The translations under genes and the position numbers were made by a program. Below, in pieces: positions 40,889-50,670 of a DNA stretch of 64,000 nt. This stretch comes from Spirochaetia bacterium (GTDB taxonomy: Bacteria > Spirochaetota > Spirochaetia > UBA9216): assembly GCA_965140585.1 (NCBI GenBank), contig OZ223267.1, forward strand, positions 256,001 to 320,000, read 5' to 3'. Within the stretch, counting starts at the first letter, position 1. The number at the start of each line of letters is the position of its first letter. The notes below the pieces were generated by a model. It was given only the letters and a program-made list of their open reading frames with translations. It was not told the origin of the DNA and did no database searches.

Positions 40889-42007
40889 ATGAGCGACGGA
40901 TCATTGTCTCAAGACGAAATTGATGCTTTACTCCAGGGTGGAGATATGGGATTAGGCGGCGCTCCTTCCGGAGGCGGCAGTTCGAATAACGGCGGTCTTT
41001 CTGCTAAAGAAATCTCAGATTTTACCGGTATAATTCAGGAACTTATTCCCAATCAGGCACAGAACCTTTCAAATATGGTCGGTGACAGTGTCGATATGAC
41101 CTCCCCCAAGGTTGAGGTTGTAAGCCGGGATGAACTGATATCATCACTTCCGGGAGAAGTCGTTGAAATCAGTTTGGATTTCCAGGATCAGGTCAGCGGA
41201 AAACATTCATATATTATAGGACCTGAGGCGGCAACTACAATTGCCGGCCTTATGATGGGTCAGGAAGATGTGGAACTCAATGAGGCTGCTCTGTCGGCTA
41301 TTGAAGAAGCAGCTAATACACTTGCCGGATCTGCAGCAACTGTATTCGGTGAGAGAAGCGGTAAGTCCGTACTTACATCACCGGGCTCAACAAAGAGCGT
41401 TTCATCATCCGAGATTGCTTTTCCTGAAGATTCGGTGGTAAAGGTTACCTATCAGACAAAGATAGACGGAAAGGATGCAACAGAATTTGTTGAAGCTTTC
41501 GGCGTTGATATTGTAAAAGGGATTCTAGGAAGTCCCGCAGCTGCCCAGTCGGCACCAAATCCGGGAATGGGAATGGGTATGAATATGGGCGGCGGAGCTC
41601 CTGCCATGGGCGGAGGATTTATGGGCGGTGGAAATGCTGCAGCATCAATGGGCGGTGGAATGGATATGTTTGGTATGGGACAGCCTACTCCCAATGTTCA
41701 GGCTCTTCAGTTTCCTGATCTGAATCCGCATACAGTAGCGGCAGAACAGGGAAATATCGGTCTTCTCATGGATGTTTATATGGAAATGACTGTTGAACTG
41801 GGAAGAACCAAGAAACTTATAAAAGAAATACTCGGTATGGGAGAAGGTACCATAATCGAACTTGATAAACTCGCAGGTGAACCGGTAGATATTCTTGTTA
41901 ATCACAAGCTGATTGCCAAGGGTGAAGTTGTGGTTATCGACGAAAACTTCGGTGTTCGTGTAACCGAAATTGTGTCACCGATTGACCGTGTGGAGGGTAT
42001 GGGCTAG
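40889..42007 (+). CDS. fliY: flagellar switch protein FliY (CheC-like + FliN domain)
   Basis: LSQDEIDALL N-peptide, S..EEAAN CheC-like motif, C-terminal VELGRT...GEVVVIDENFGVR. Confidence 0.9.
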   Translation: MSDGSLSQDEIDALLQGGDMGLGGAPSGGGSSNNGGLSAKEISDFTGIIQELIPNQAQNLSNMVGDSVDMTSPKVEVVSRDELISSLPGEVVEISLDFQDQVSGKHSYIIGPEAATTIAGLMMGQEDVELNEAALSAIEEAANTLAGSAATVFGERSGKSVLTSPGSTKSVSSSEIAFPEDSVVKVTYQTKIDGKDATEFVEAFGVDIVKGILGSPAAAQSAPNPGMGMGMNMGGGAPAMGGGFMGGGNAAASMGGGMDMFGMGQPTPNVQALQFPDLNPHTVAAEQGNIGLLMDVYMEMTVELGRTKKLIKEILGMGEGTIIELDKLAGEPVDILVNHKLIAKGEVVVIDENFGVRVTEIVSPIDRVEGMG

Positions 42008-42028
42008 AAATAATTTTCGGGAGGGGAA

Positions 42029-42604
42029 ATGAAAAAACTTGCTCTTATTATGGCCGCAGTAATGATGATTATTGCGGTCGACGTATATTCTCAGCAGAAT
42101 TTTACCGATGAAACCACAATAATTCTCGACGAAGAAGCTCCGCAGGCGGAAAATGATGCCGCCGCCGGAGCTTATTTTACGATCTGGGATTTTGTAAAGG
42201 TTATCCTGATTCTCGGTGCGGTTATCCTGATAATATATGCAGTCTTCTTTTTTCTGAGGAGATCAGGCAAACGCGGTTTTCAGGAAAATGAAATAATCAA
42301 TATAGTCTCAAGCAAGGCTCTGACTCAGGGGACCTCGGTGCATATTATTGAGGTTGCCGGAAAATATCACCTGATAGGCTGTGCAGAGTCTTCTGTATCG
42401 ATGCTCTCCGAGATTCTGGATAAGGAATCCATAGATGAACTTAAGCTTAAAGCGCCTCAGGATGCACCGGCAAACAGGAGCTTTTCAGATTTATTCAGCG
42501 GTATTTTCGGGAGCGGCAGATCTTCCGGAGGCAACATCGATGAAAAAATAGCTTCCAACCGAAAAATTTTACAGAATCAGACAGAAAGATTAAAAAAAAT
42601 GTAG
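42029..42604 (+). CDS. fliO: flagellar biosynthesis protein FliO/FliZ
   Basis: Signal + TM, VHIIEVAGKYHLIG..E.SV; before fliP. Confidence 0.82.
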   Translation: MKKLALIMAAVMMIIAVDVYSQQNFTDETTIILDEEAPQAENDAAAGAYFTIWDFVKVILILGAVILIIYAVFFFLRRSGKRGFQENEIINIVSSKALTQGTSVHIIEVAGKYHLIGCAESSVSMLSEILDKESIDELKLKAPQDAPANRSFSDLFSGIFGSGRSSGGNIDEKIASNRKILQNQTERLKKM

Positions 42605-42656
42605 CAAAAATACCGGAAAATGTGTTAAAATTTGGTTGTCATTACCTGGGGGGGGA

Positions 42657-43445
42657 ATGAAAAAGTTATTGATGTTTCTGTGCGTTGTTACGGCACTGTT
42701 CGTAATAGTACCGCACGGAGTCCATGCGCAGGAAGCGGTAGATCCGGATGCTGCTGCTGGGCTCAACATACCATTTGTAGATCTCACAATTTCTCAGCCT
42801 GAAAATAATCAGGAAGTAGCTCTATCGATTCAGCTGCTTCTTCTTCTTGCTGTGATCACCCTGTCTCCCTCTATTGTAATATTAACGACAAGTTTTCTAA
42901 GAGTTTCAATTATTCTTGATTTTATAAGAAGATCGCTTTCACTTCAGCAGGTCCCCCCCAATACCGTACTCAACGGTATAGCGCTCTTTTTAACCATATT
43001 TATAATGTGGCCCACACTTACGGATGTTTACGACAACGGGTTCAAACCCTTTGCCGATGGAGAGATAGGTGTGGAGCAGCTTTATCAGGAAACTGAAGGC
43101 CCTCTCAGGCTCTTCATGTACAAACAGATGGACGGCAACTACGGTAATATACAGCTGTTCATGAAGATGTCGGATCTTGAGAAGCCTGAAACCGCAGCTG
43201 ATGTTCCTACCTACGTGCTGATTCCTGCATTTATCCTGCATGAACTCACTGTCGCGTTCAAGATAGGAATTCTACTGTTTATTCCTTTCATCATCATAGA
43301 CATGATTGTCGCTTCGACTCTTATGTCCATGGGTATGATAATGCTGCCTCCGGCTATGATCTCTCTCCCTTTTAAACTGATACTTTTTGTTCTTGTTGAC
43401 GGATGGAACCTGATTACACAGCAGGTGATCCTGAGTTTTATGTAG
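42657..43445 (+). CDS. fliP: flagellar export protein FliP
   Basis: TTSFLR, QQVPPN, LIPAF..EL..AF.IG, SLPFKL.LFVLVDGW. Confidence 0.97.
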   Translation: MKKLLMFLCVVTALFVIVPHGVHAQEAVDPDAAAGLNIPFVDLTISQPENNQEVALSIQLLLLLAVITLSPSIVILTTSFLRVSIILDFIRRSLSLQQVPPNTVLNGIALFLTIFIMWPTLTDVYDNGFKPFADGEIGVEQLYQETEGPLRLFMYKQMDGNYGNIQLFMKMSDLEKPETAADVPTYVLIPAFILHELTVAFKIGILLFIPFIIIDMIVASTLMSMGMIMLPPAMISLPFKLILFVLVDGWNLITQQVILSFM

Positions 43446-43454
43446 GAGTTGCTG

Positions 43455-43724
43455 ATGAGTATAGGATTTGTAACAGAATTAATCAGAGCAGGAGTATTCC
43501 ATGTGCTGATGCTTTCAGCCCCGGTTTTACTTTCAGGGCTTCTTGTCGGTCTGATGATCTCAATATTTCAGGCTACAACCTCAATTCAGGAACAGACTCT
43601 TACTTTCGTACCGAAGATTGCGGCAATTCTGCTTGTACTTGTACTTACGTCGGAATGGATATTTACCTCGTTGAGGCAGTATACCATTGAGATTATTCAG
43701 ATGATACCTGAGATGACAGGCTGA
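43455..43724 (+). CDS. fliQ: flagellar export protein FliQ
   Basis: VGL.ISIFQATTSIQEQTLTFVPK. Confidence 0.97.
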   Translation: MSIGFVTELIRAGVFHVLMLSAPVLLSGLLVGLMISIFQATTSIQEQTLTFVPKIAAILLVLVLTSEWIFTSLRQYTIEIIQMIPEMTG

Positions 43725-43738
43725 AGGGGAGTTTATTT

Positions 43739-44536
43739 TTGACGCTGGCCTATATAGTCGCTGAAGCACAGATTTTTCTACTCATTCTTGTCCGGGTAAT
43801 AGCTTTTATTGAGCTTGCCCCGGTTCTGTCTTCAAGCGCTGTCCCGCAGATCGGTAAAATAGGTCTTGCTGCGTTCACTGCTGCCGCTGTTCTTCCATGG
43901 GTGGTTAAAAGCGGACTGTATGTCATTCCGGAAACCGGCGGCGCCTTTGTTTTTATGCTGCTGGGAGAAGTCTTTATTGGTATAATATTCGGATTTTTTC
44001 TAATAATCATTACTTCTGTATTTCAGCTTGCCGGTCAGTTCTTTTCTACCCAGATGGGGTTCGCATCCTCCCAGGTTTTCGATCCCATGGCTCAGGTACA
44101 GATTCCCCTTATGGGACAGTTTTTCAACCTCACTTCCATGCTTATTCTGCTCTCTATTAACGGGTTTCAGAAGATGTTTCTGGGCGCCGTATATACCGGT
44201 TTCAAAGTCCTTAATATTAGTCAGCTTCTAGTAAACAAGGATAATATCATTATGATGCTGCTGAAAAGCCTCTCAGGTCTTTTTGTGCAGGCACTGGTAA
44301 TTGCGATGCCCATCATGGGGACACTGCTGCTGATGCAGGTGACCATGGGACTTCTCGCAAAGGCCGCCCCTCAGATGAATCTTCTGATGCTGTCGTTTCC
44401 GATGAATATCTTCATCTCCTTTCTGGTTCTGTTTGCCGCCATGCCGTTTATTATCGAGTCTTTTGAAGCAATTCTTGATGCCGGCTTTGAGGGTGTTAAC
44501 CAGATGATGAAAACAGCAATTGGGGTCAGCGGATGA
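43739..44536 (+). CDS. fliR: flagellar export protein FliR (TTG start)
   Basis: GE.FIG, AGQ....QMGF, DP, KAAPQMN. Confidence 0.95.
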   Translation: MTLAYIVAEAQIFLLILVRVIAFIELAPVLSSSAVPQIGKIGLAAFTAAAVLPWVVKSGLYVIPETGGAFVFMLLGEVFIGIIFGFFLIIITSVFQLAGQFFSTQMGFASSQVFDPMAQVQIPLMGQFFNLTSMLILLSINGFQKMFLGAVYTGFKVLNISQLLVNKDNIIMMLLKSLSGLFVQALVIAMPIMGTLLLMQVTMGLLAKAAPQMNLLMLSFPMNIFISFLVLFAAMPFIIESFEAILDAGFEGVNQMMKTAIGVSG

Positions 44537-45714
44537 GTATTTACATCAGCGGCAATTCCGGCAGTTATTCTGTAAACGATGTCCTCAGCAGATACCGCAG
44601 TACTCAGGATTCCGCCTTTGATATACATCTGCAGTGGTTTGCGCCAGAAGACGAAGGCCGTACTGAAGACCCTACAGAGTACAAACTCAGAAAAGCACGT
44701 GAAGAAGGCAAGGTCGCAAAATCTCCGGATCTGACCTCGGCCATAGTTTTGATTTTCTGTATAACAGGACTTGCAGCCTTCGGTTCATCGATGATTACCG
44801 GGCTGCGTGACATGATGTACTTTTTCTTTTCAAAGTCGGCTGAGCTGGATCCTGTTTCTTCAACTGAAACAGGTATGGTTGCGCTTAGATATTTTATAAA
44901 AATTGCTCTGCCGCTTGCCGCTGTAGCATTTACAGCCGCCTTTGCAGGCAATGTCTTTCAGGTAGGCCTTAAATTTTCGGCTAAACCCATTACTCCTGAT
45001 CTAAACAAGATTGTGCCTAAAATCGGTAAATGGTTTCAGAGATCCTTTGCATCCGGAGAAGCTGCATTCAACCTTATGAAGTCCTTTGTAAAGATAATAA
45101 TCGTAGGCGGAATAGCTTTTATAAATATCAGGATGGAATTCGATAAGCTGCTCAACCTTATCAAAATACCCTTTCTCGATTCCTTTTCGATAGTTTCGGG
45201 AATAGCATTCCGGATAATGCTGGAAGCCGCCATATTTATGCTGATTTTTTCAATTGCCGACTACCGCTTTCAGAAAAAGCAGCATATAGACTCTTTGAAA
45301 ATGTCCAAGCAGGAAGTCAAGGAGGAACGTAAGATGACCGAGGGTGATCCTCTTATTAAAAGCAGGCTGCGGGAGAGAATGCGCGATATCATGACCAGGG
45401 ATATGATCAGGAAGATCCCTGAGGCAGATGTTGTAATTACAAACCCGACCCACTTTGCTGTTGTAATGCAATGGGACCGTTCAAAAATGATTGCTCCAGT
45501 TGTAACGGCGAAGGGGCAGGATAATATGGCACTTAGAATAAGGGGCATAGCAACTGAGCATAATGTCCCGATTATTGAAAATAAACCGCTCGCGCGAGCT
45601 CTGTACGCAGAGGTTGAAATAGGCGACGCAATTCCTGAAAACTATTATCAGGCAATGGCGGTAATTCTTGCGGAAGTCTACCGGATGCGTGGTGAAACGA
45701 TGGAGGCTGTCTGA
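44533..45714 (+). CDS. flhB: flagellar export protein FlhB
   Basis: RTEDPT..K..KAREEG, KMSKQEVKEE, NPTH autocleavage site. Confidence 0.97.
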   Translation: MSIYISGNSGSYSVNDVLSRYRSTQDSAFDIHLQWFAPEDEGRTEDPTEYKLRKAREEGKVAKSPDLTSAIVLIFCITGLAAFGSSMITGLRDMMYFFFSKSAELDPVSSTETGMVALRYFIKIALPLAAVAFTAAFAGNVFQVGLKFSAKPITPDLNKIVPKIGKWFQRSFASGEAAFNLMKSFVKIIIVGGIAFINIRMEFDKLLNLIKIPFLDSFSIVSGIAFRIMLEAAIFMLIFSIADYRFQKKQHIDSLKMSKQEVKEERKMTEGDPLIKSRLRERMRDIMTRDMIRKIPEADVVITNPTHFAVVMQWDRSKMIAPVVTAKGQDNMALRIRGIATEHNVPIIENKPLARALYAEVEIGDAIPENYYQAMAVILAEVYRMRGETMEAV

Positions 45715-47840
45715 TGGCTGAAAAAAGACCGGGACTGCAGGGCTTTATAACAAATGCCCTTACCAGCCAGAAAACAGATGTACTTGTAGCTGTAGGTGTA
45801 ATATTCATTGTAATGATGCTGCTCATACCGCTGCCGACTGTTCTTCTGGACCTTCTGATGGCATCAAACCTGGTTTTGAGCATCATGATAATTCTTATAA
45901 CTCTCTACACCAAGAAGGCTGTGGAGTTCTCAATTTTTCCGACCCTTCTTCTGGTGACTACAATATTCAGTCTTGCTTTGAATGTTTCCTCTACCAGACT
46001 TATTCTTTCAAAGGGTGCGGAATTTGACGGAAGAATTGTAACCGGTTTCGCGAACTTCGTTGTCGGGACTTCCGGAAACGAAGGTCTGGTTATCGGTCTC
46101 ATCATCTTCATAATTCTTATAGCGGTTCAGTTTGTAGTTATTACAAAGGGTGCCACCAGAGTTGCAGAAGTTGCAGCAAGGTTCACACTTGATTCTCTGC
46201 CCGGTAAGCAGATGGCAATTGAAGCTGAGTATAATTCCGGGGCCATCACCGAAGATGAAGCAACAAAGAAAAAGGCAGAGCTTCAGAAGGAAGCTGACTT
46301 TTACGGAGCCATGGACGGAGCATCAAAGTTTGTATCCGGCAACGTTAAGATCGGTATTCTTATGACGGTTATCAATATCGTCGGCGGACTCATTGTGGGG
46401 ATGCTCCTGCATGGCGAGCCTGCGTCTTCGGCTTTGTCAAACTATATAACCTTTGCAATTGGCGACGGTCTTGTCAGCCAGTTTCCGGCACTGTTTATTT
46501 CAACAGCTACCGGTCTTATTGTTACAAGAGCTATTTCCGACGGAACCTTCGGTCAGGATATTTCAGTACAGTTTTCATCCCAGGCTCAGATTTACTTTGT
46601 CGGTGCAGCCTTCCTCGTAGTTCTGGGCGTACTGCCCGGTTTTCCGTGGTATGTTCTCATTCCGCTTGCAGCTCTGCTGTTTCTTGTTGGTTTCAGGCTC
46701 AGAAAGAAGGAAGCCAATAAGAAAAGCTTTGAGGAAATGGAGGCCGAATCCGGTCAGCAGGCTCATGAAGCACCGGCAGAAATTTCTCCGGTTGTTCCGC
46801 TTGATCAGTTATCTCTTGAACTCGGCTACGGACTTATTCCACTTGTAGATAAGGACCACGGCGCAGAGCTGCTTGACCGTATAACCAGAATAAGACGCGA
46901 ATCCGCCCTCGAGCTGGGTCTTGTTGTTCCCAAGATTAGAATTGTAGACAATATGCGGCTTGAGCCCGCTGAGTACTGTATAAAGATCAAGGGTGTTGAG
47001 GTCGGTAAGGCTGTTATCAGAGCAGGGCTCTATCTGGCTATAAATCCTGGCAATGTCGAGGATGAAGTCGAGGGCGAGGCAACATATGACCCTACATTTC
47101 ACCTTCCTGCCAAGTGGATTACAGAGGACGACAGGGATCGGGCAGAGAGGGCCGGATATACGGTTGTAGACTCTCCGTCAATTATTGCAACACACCTTAC
47201 CGAGATCATCCGCAAGCATGCACGGGAAATGCTCGGCCGGCAGGAAGTTCAGAAAATCCTCGACACGCTGCGTAATGATTATCCGGCGGTTATTGATGAG
47301 ATTTCAAAGCTCATGTCCACCGGAGAAATACAGAAGGTCCTTCAGGGGCTGCTTGCTGAGCAGGTGTCAATCAGAAATATGGTTCCCATCCTTGAAACTC
47401 TGGCAGACTATGCTTCAGTCACTAAGGAAACCAGCTTCCTGATTGAAAAAGTCCGTCAGACACTTTCCAGGCAGATCAGCCTGCAGTATTCTGACGAGGA
47501 TCGGACAATGAGAGTCCTGACAGTGAATCCTGAGATTGAGCAGCTTATTGGTGAGTCAAGAATCGAAACAGCCTCAGGTGTAATGGCCGCTCTTGAACCG
47601 TCCATTCACCGCAAGTGGATAAACAGTGTTGCAAATGCTATCCACGGAGTTGAGCAGATGGGATTCTTTCCGGTAATCCTCTGTTCCGAGGCTGTAAGGG
47701 CTCTGGTTAAATCGAGTCTTAAACGGGATTTTCCCGGAATAGTGGTTCTTTCAGTGCCGGAAGTAGTGTCGAATGTCAGGGTTGAATCGGTTGGTGAAAT
47801 ATCCTTTGAAGAAAGTTACGAAGAACAAGAGGTTAGATAG
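45714..47840 (+). CDS. flhA: flagellar export protein FlhA
   Basis: RVAEVAARFTLD..PGKQM, FYGAMDGASKFV, IGDGLV.Q. Confidence 0.98.
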   Translation: MAEKRPGLQGFITNALTSQKTDVLVAVGVIFIVMMLLIPLPTVLLDLLMASNLVLSIMIILITLYTKKAVEFSIFPTLLLVTTIFSLALNVSSTRLILSKGAEFDGRIVTGFANFVVGTSGNEGLVIGLIIFIILIAVQFVVITKGATRVAEVAARFTLDSLPGKQMAIEAEYNSGAITEDEATKKKAELQKEADFYGAMDGASKFVSGNVKIGILMTVINIVGGLIVGMLLHGEPASSALSNYITFAIGDGLVSQFPALFISTATGLIVTRAISDGTFGQDISVQFSSQAQIYFVGAAFLVVLGVLPGFPWYVLIPLAALLFLVGFRLRKKEANKKSFEEMEAESGQQAHEAPAEISPVVPLDQLSLELGYGLIPLVDKDHGAELLDRITRIRRESALELGLVVPKIRIVDNMRLEPAEYCIKIKGVEVGKAVIRAGLYLAINPGNVEDEVEGEATYDPTFHLPAKWITEDDRDRAERAGYTVVDSPSIIATHLTEIIRKHAREMLGRQEVQKILDTLRNDYPAVIDEISKLMSTGEIQKVLQGLLAEQVSIRNMVPILETLADYASVTKETSFLIEKVRQTLSRQISLQYSDEDRTMRVLTVNPEIEQLIGESRIETASGVMAALEPSIHRKWINSVANAIHGVEQMGFFPVILCSEAVRALVKSSLKRDFPGIVVLSVPEVVSNVRVESVGEISFEESYEEQEVR

Positions 47841-47843
47841 CAG

Positions 47844-49016
47844 ATGGAATATTTTAAAGAACAGGGCAGTTCTTACATGGAAGCCGTTACAAAGGTTAAG
47901 ACCAAGTACGGCGAACGTGCAAAAATCCTTAATCACCGAAGCATCCGGTACGGAGGCTTTCTGGGCGTTTTCTCAAAGGAAGGCGTTGAGGTTGAAGGAT
48001 ACGTCAACAAGGATACTATGATTCCCGCAATGAGAAATCTTGATGAGGAAAAAAAGAAGATTATTGCCGCAGCCGGTGTAAAACGAGATGATACCCTGTC
48101 CAAAGTTCTTGATATGGTTAAATCCATCGATGAAAAAATAGAATCAGGCAAAACAGGTACTGCTCCTTCAGAGCCTGAATCAATTGAGAAAATTGAACAG
48201 CTTCTTGTTAATAATGATTTTTCCTACAGATTCATCAAAAATATGAAACAACGGCTTAAAAGTGAACTTTCACTGGAGCAGCTGAATGATTTTGATGAGG
48301 TTCAGGAAAAGACTCTTGAATGGATTGGTAAAAGCATCTCTGTATACAGTGATGACCAGCCAAGGAAAAACAGGGTTATCATACTTGTAGGACCAACAGG
48401 AGTAGGTAAGACAACAACCATAGCCAAGCTTGCAGCCTTAAACGGACTTGGAATAAAAGGCGAATCACCGAAAAGTGTCAGACTTATCACTATTGATAAT
48501 TACAGGATAGGTGCAAAGGGTCAAATTCAGACCTATGGAGATTTAATGAATATTCCTGTATCATGTGTTGAAACTATTGATGAGTTAAAAAACAAGATAC
48601 TGCTTTACCAGCAGGCCGATATGATTCTTGTTGACACAATGGGCAGATCTCCCAGGGATTATCAGAACCTTGCACAAATGAGAGAACTGCTTGAGGCATG
48701 CGGAAACAATACAGAAATTTATCTGACCGTAAGCTCCACAACCAAAGCCGGAGATCTGGAGTCCATTTTTCAGGAATTTATGCCTTTTAAATATTGCGGC
48801 GTCATTCTTACAAAGCTTGATGAAACAATGAAACTTGGAAATATAATCAGTGTTCTCAGCGGAAAAGATGTTCCAATAGCGTATCTCACTGACGGACAGG
48901 GAGTACCGCAGGATATAGAAAGAGCTGATGTAATGCGGATATTGAGGAATCTTGAAGGTTTCAGTGTCAATAATGATAAACTGAGCCGTGAACTGGCTGA
49001 AACTTTAACTATTTAA
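47844..49016 (+). CDS. flhF: flagellar biosynthesis GTPase FlhF
   Basis: GPTGVGKTTTIAKLA, D.YRIGA, DT.GRS, TKLDE, GQ.VP.DI. Confidence 0.96.
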   Translation: MEYFKEQGSSYMEAVTKVKTKYGERAKILNHRSIRYGGFLGVFSKEGVEVEGYVNKDTMIPAMRNLDEEKKKIIAAAGVKRDDTLSKVLDMVKSIDEKIESGKTGTAPSEPESIEKIEQLLVNNDFSYRFIKNMKQRLKSELSLEQLNDFDEVQEKTLEWIGKSISVYSDDQPRKNRVIILVGPTGVGKTTTIAKLAALNGLGIKGESPKSVRLITIDNYRIGAKGQIQTYGDLMNIPVSCVETIDELKNKILLYQQADMILVDTMGRSPRDYQNLAQMRELLEACGNNTEIYLTVSSTTKAGDLESIFQEFMPFKYCGVILTKLDETMKLGNIISVLSGKDVPIAYLTDGQGVPQDIERADVMRILRNLEGFSVNNDKLSRELAETLTI

Positions 49017-49028
49017 TTGGAGTAACTT

Positions 49029-49901
49029 ATGACTGACCAAGCCGAACAGTTGCGGGAAATGATGAAGGGACGCCAGAATGGCGGTTCTGAAAAAAATGAA
49101 AATAAGACACGTATTATTGCTGTATCAAGCGGTAAGGGCGGTGTCGGTAAAACAAATATATCTGTAAACCTTGCCATAGCCTATGCTCAGCTTGGTAAGA
49201 AAGTAATAGTGCTTGATGCTGATCTTGGTCTTGCCAACGTCAATGTTGCGCTTGGTATTATTCCAAAGCACAATCTGTATCATGTAATCAGAAAACAGAA
49301 AAGCATGAAGGATATTATAATTGACACCAACTACGGTATCCAGATTGTAGCGGGTGCTTCAGGTTTTTCGAAGATTGCAAATTTAAGTGATGAGGAACGT
49401 GATACTTTCATTCATGAAGTTGCCGATCTTTCTATCGCTGATGTTATAATTATCGATACCAGTGCCGGTGTTTCCAATAATGTTCTGGCGTTTATAGCAG
49501 CTGCTGATGACGCAATTATTGTGACTACACCGGAGCCCACGGCTATCACGGATGCATACGGTATAATTAAGATAATTGCCACAGAAATAGACAACATGAA
49601 TCTTTCACTTAAACTGATTGTGAACAGGGTTAAAAGTGTCACTGAAGGCAAGAAGGTTTCTGAAAGAGTGATTAGTATAGCGGGACAGTTTTTAAATCTT
49701 AAGGTTGATTATCTTGGCTACGTATATGACGACCCTTCTGTGTCGGCATCCGTAATAAAGCAGAAACCCTTTATGATTGCAGACCCCGGATGCAAGGCTT
49801 CTATTTGCCTTAAGCATATAGCAGGAAGACTTGAAAAAGTTGAATACAAGGAAGGCGGAGGAGTTTCAAGATTTCTAAAGAAACTTTTCGGCAGTTTCTA
49901 G
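49029..49901 (+). CDS. flhG: MinD-like flagellar number regulator FlhG
   Basis: DQAEQLR, SGKGGVGKT, DADLGLANV, TPEPTAITDAY. Confidence 0.94.
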   Translation: MTDQAEQLREMMKGRQNGGSEKNENKTRIIAVSSGKGGVGKTNISVNLAIAYAQLGKKVIVLDADLGLANVNVALGIIPKHNLYHVIRKQKSMKDIIIDTNYGIQIVAGASGFSKIANLSDEERDTFIHEVADLSIADVIIIDTSAGVSNNVLAFIAAADDAIIVTTPEPTAITDAYGIIKIIATEIDNMNLSLKLIVNRVKSVTEGKKVSERVISIAGQFLNLKVDYLGYVYDDPSVSASVIKQKPFMIADPGCKASICLKHIAGRLEKVEYKEGGGVSRFLKKLFGSF

Positions 49902-49925
49902 ACTATCCGCCAAAGTCGGATTGCC

Positions 49926-49954
49926 TTGACTGCTGAAGTTTTTTGAAATAAGCT
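49926..49954 (+). promoter_or_regulatory. putative internal sigma70 promoter TTGACT-N17-TAAGCT
   Basis: 5/6 -35, 17-nt spacer, 4/6 -10; ATG 49960 lies 6 nt downstream. Confidence 0.5.
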
Positions 49955-49959
49955 GAAAG

Positions 49960-50667
49960 ATGATGTTTGGAGAAAATGCTTCGGTAAAAAGAAATTTAAT
50001 AATCACCTTTTCCATTTTCGGTTTTGTTCTTTCTATTATAACTGGATTGATTGGAAGGGTTTTCTTCGGCCCGATGATTGGTAGAGCCTTTCTTTTTGCC
50101 CTTGTGTTCGGCGGAATCGGTTTCCTTGTAATTAAAATTGCCGATATCTTTCTTCCCGAACTTTTCCGGCTTGATGATGAAACTGATAATGAAGAACAGG
50201 ATGAGGATGCAGAAGAATCTGATGAAGAAGCAGGTTCTGAAAGCGCTGTAGATATAACTGTAGAGGATGAGGATAATCCGGATTATGTATACAGTCCGGA
50301 TTCAGGTGAGGCTGAGGCTTCGCTTGAGCCCGAAGACCAGACCGGTGAAGATGCAGATGATGATGTAGCTGAACTGGAGGATGCCGGAGACGATGATGCG
50401 GAGGCTTCAGCGGAAAGTAAGCCCGCAAAAGCAGCAGCTCCGGCCGCTGAGCTCTCCGGTTCAGAAAAGGGTAAATCAACTTTACCAGATATAGAAACTT
50501 TTTCAGATGCTTTTGAGCAGGTTACGGAGACTGAAACCGGTGATAACGGATTAAGCAGTATTGACGGTACCGGCTCCGGGCAGGCTGAAATACTTGGAAG
50601 CCTTCATGACACCGATGAAATGGTTAAGGCTGTCAAGTCAGTATTAAAAAAGGACCAGGAAGGATAG
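49960..50667 (+). CDS. hypothetical membrane protein with acidic cytoplasmic region
   Basis: Two N-terminal TMs, D/E-rich linker, C-terminal MVKAVKSVLKKD helix; directly before fliA. Confidence 0.75.
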   Translation: MMFGENASVKRNLIITFSIFGFVLSIITGLIGRVFFGPMIGRAFLFALVFGGIGFLVIKIADIFLPELFRLDDETDNEEQDEDAEESDEEAGSESAVDITVEDEDNPDYVYSPDSGEAEASLEPEDQTGEDADDDVAELEDAGDDDAEASAESKPAKAAAPAAELSGSEKGKSTLPDIETFSDAFEQVTETETGDNGLSSIDGTGSGQAEILGSLHDTDEMVKAVKSVLKKDQEG

Positions 50668-50670
50668 TAA

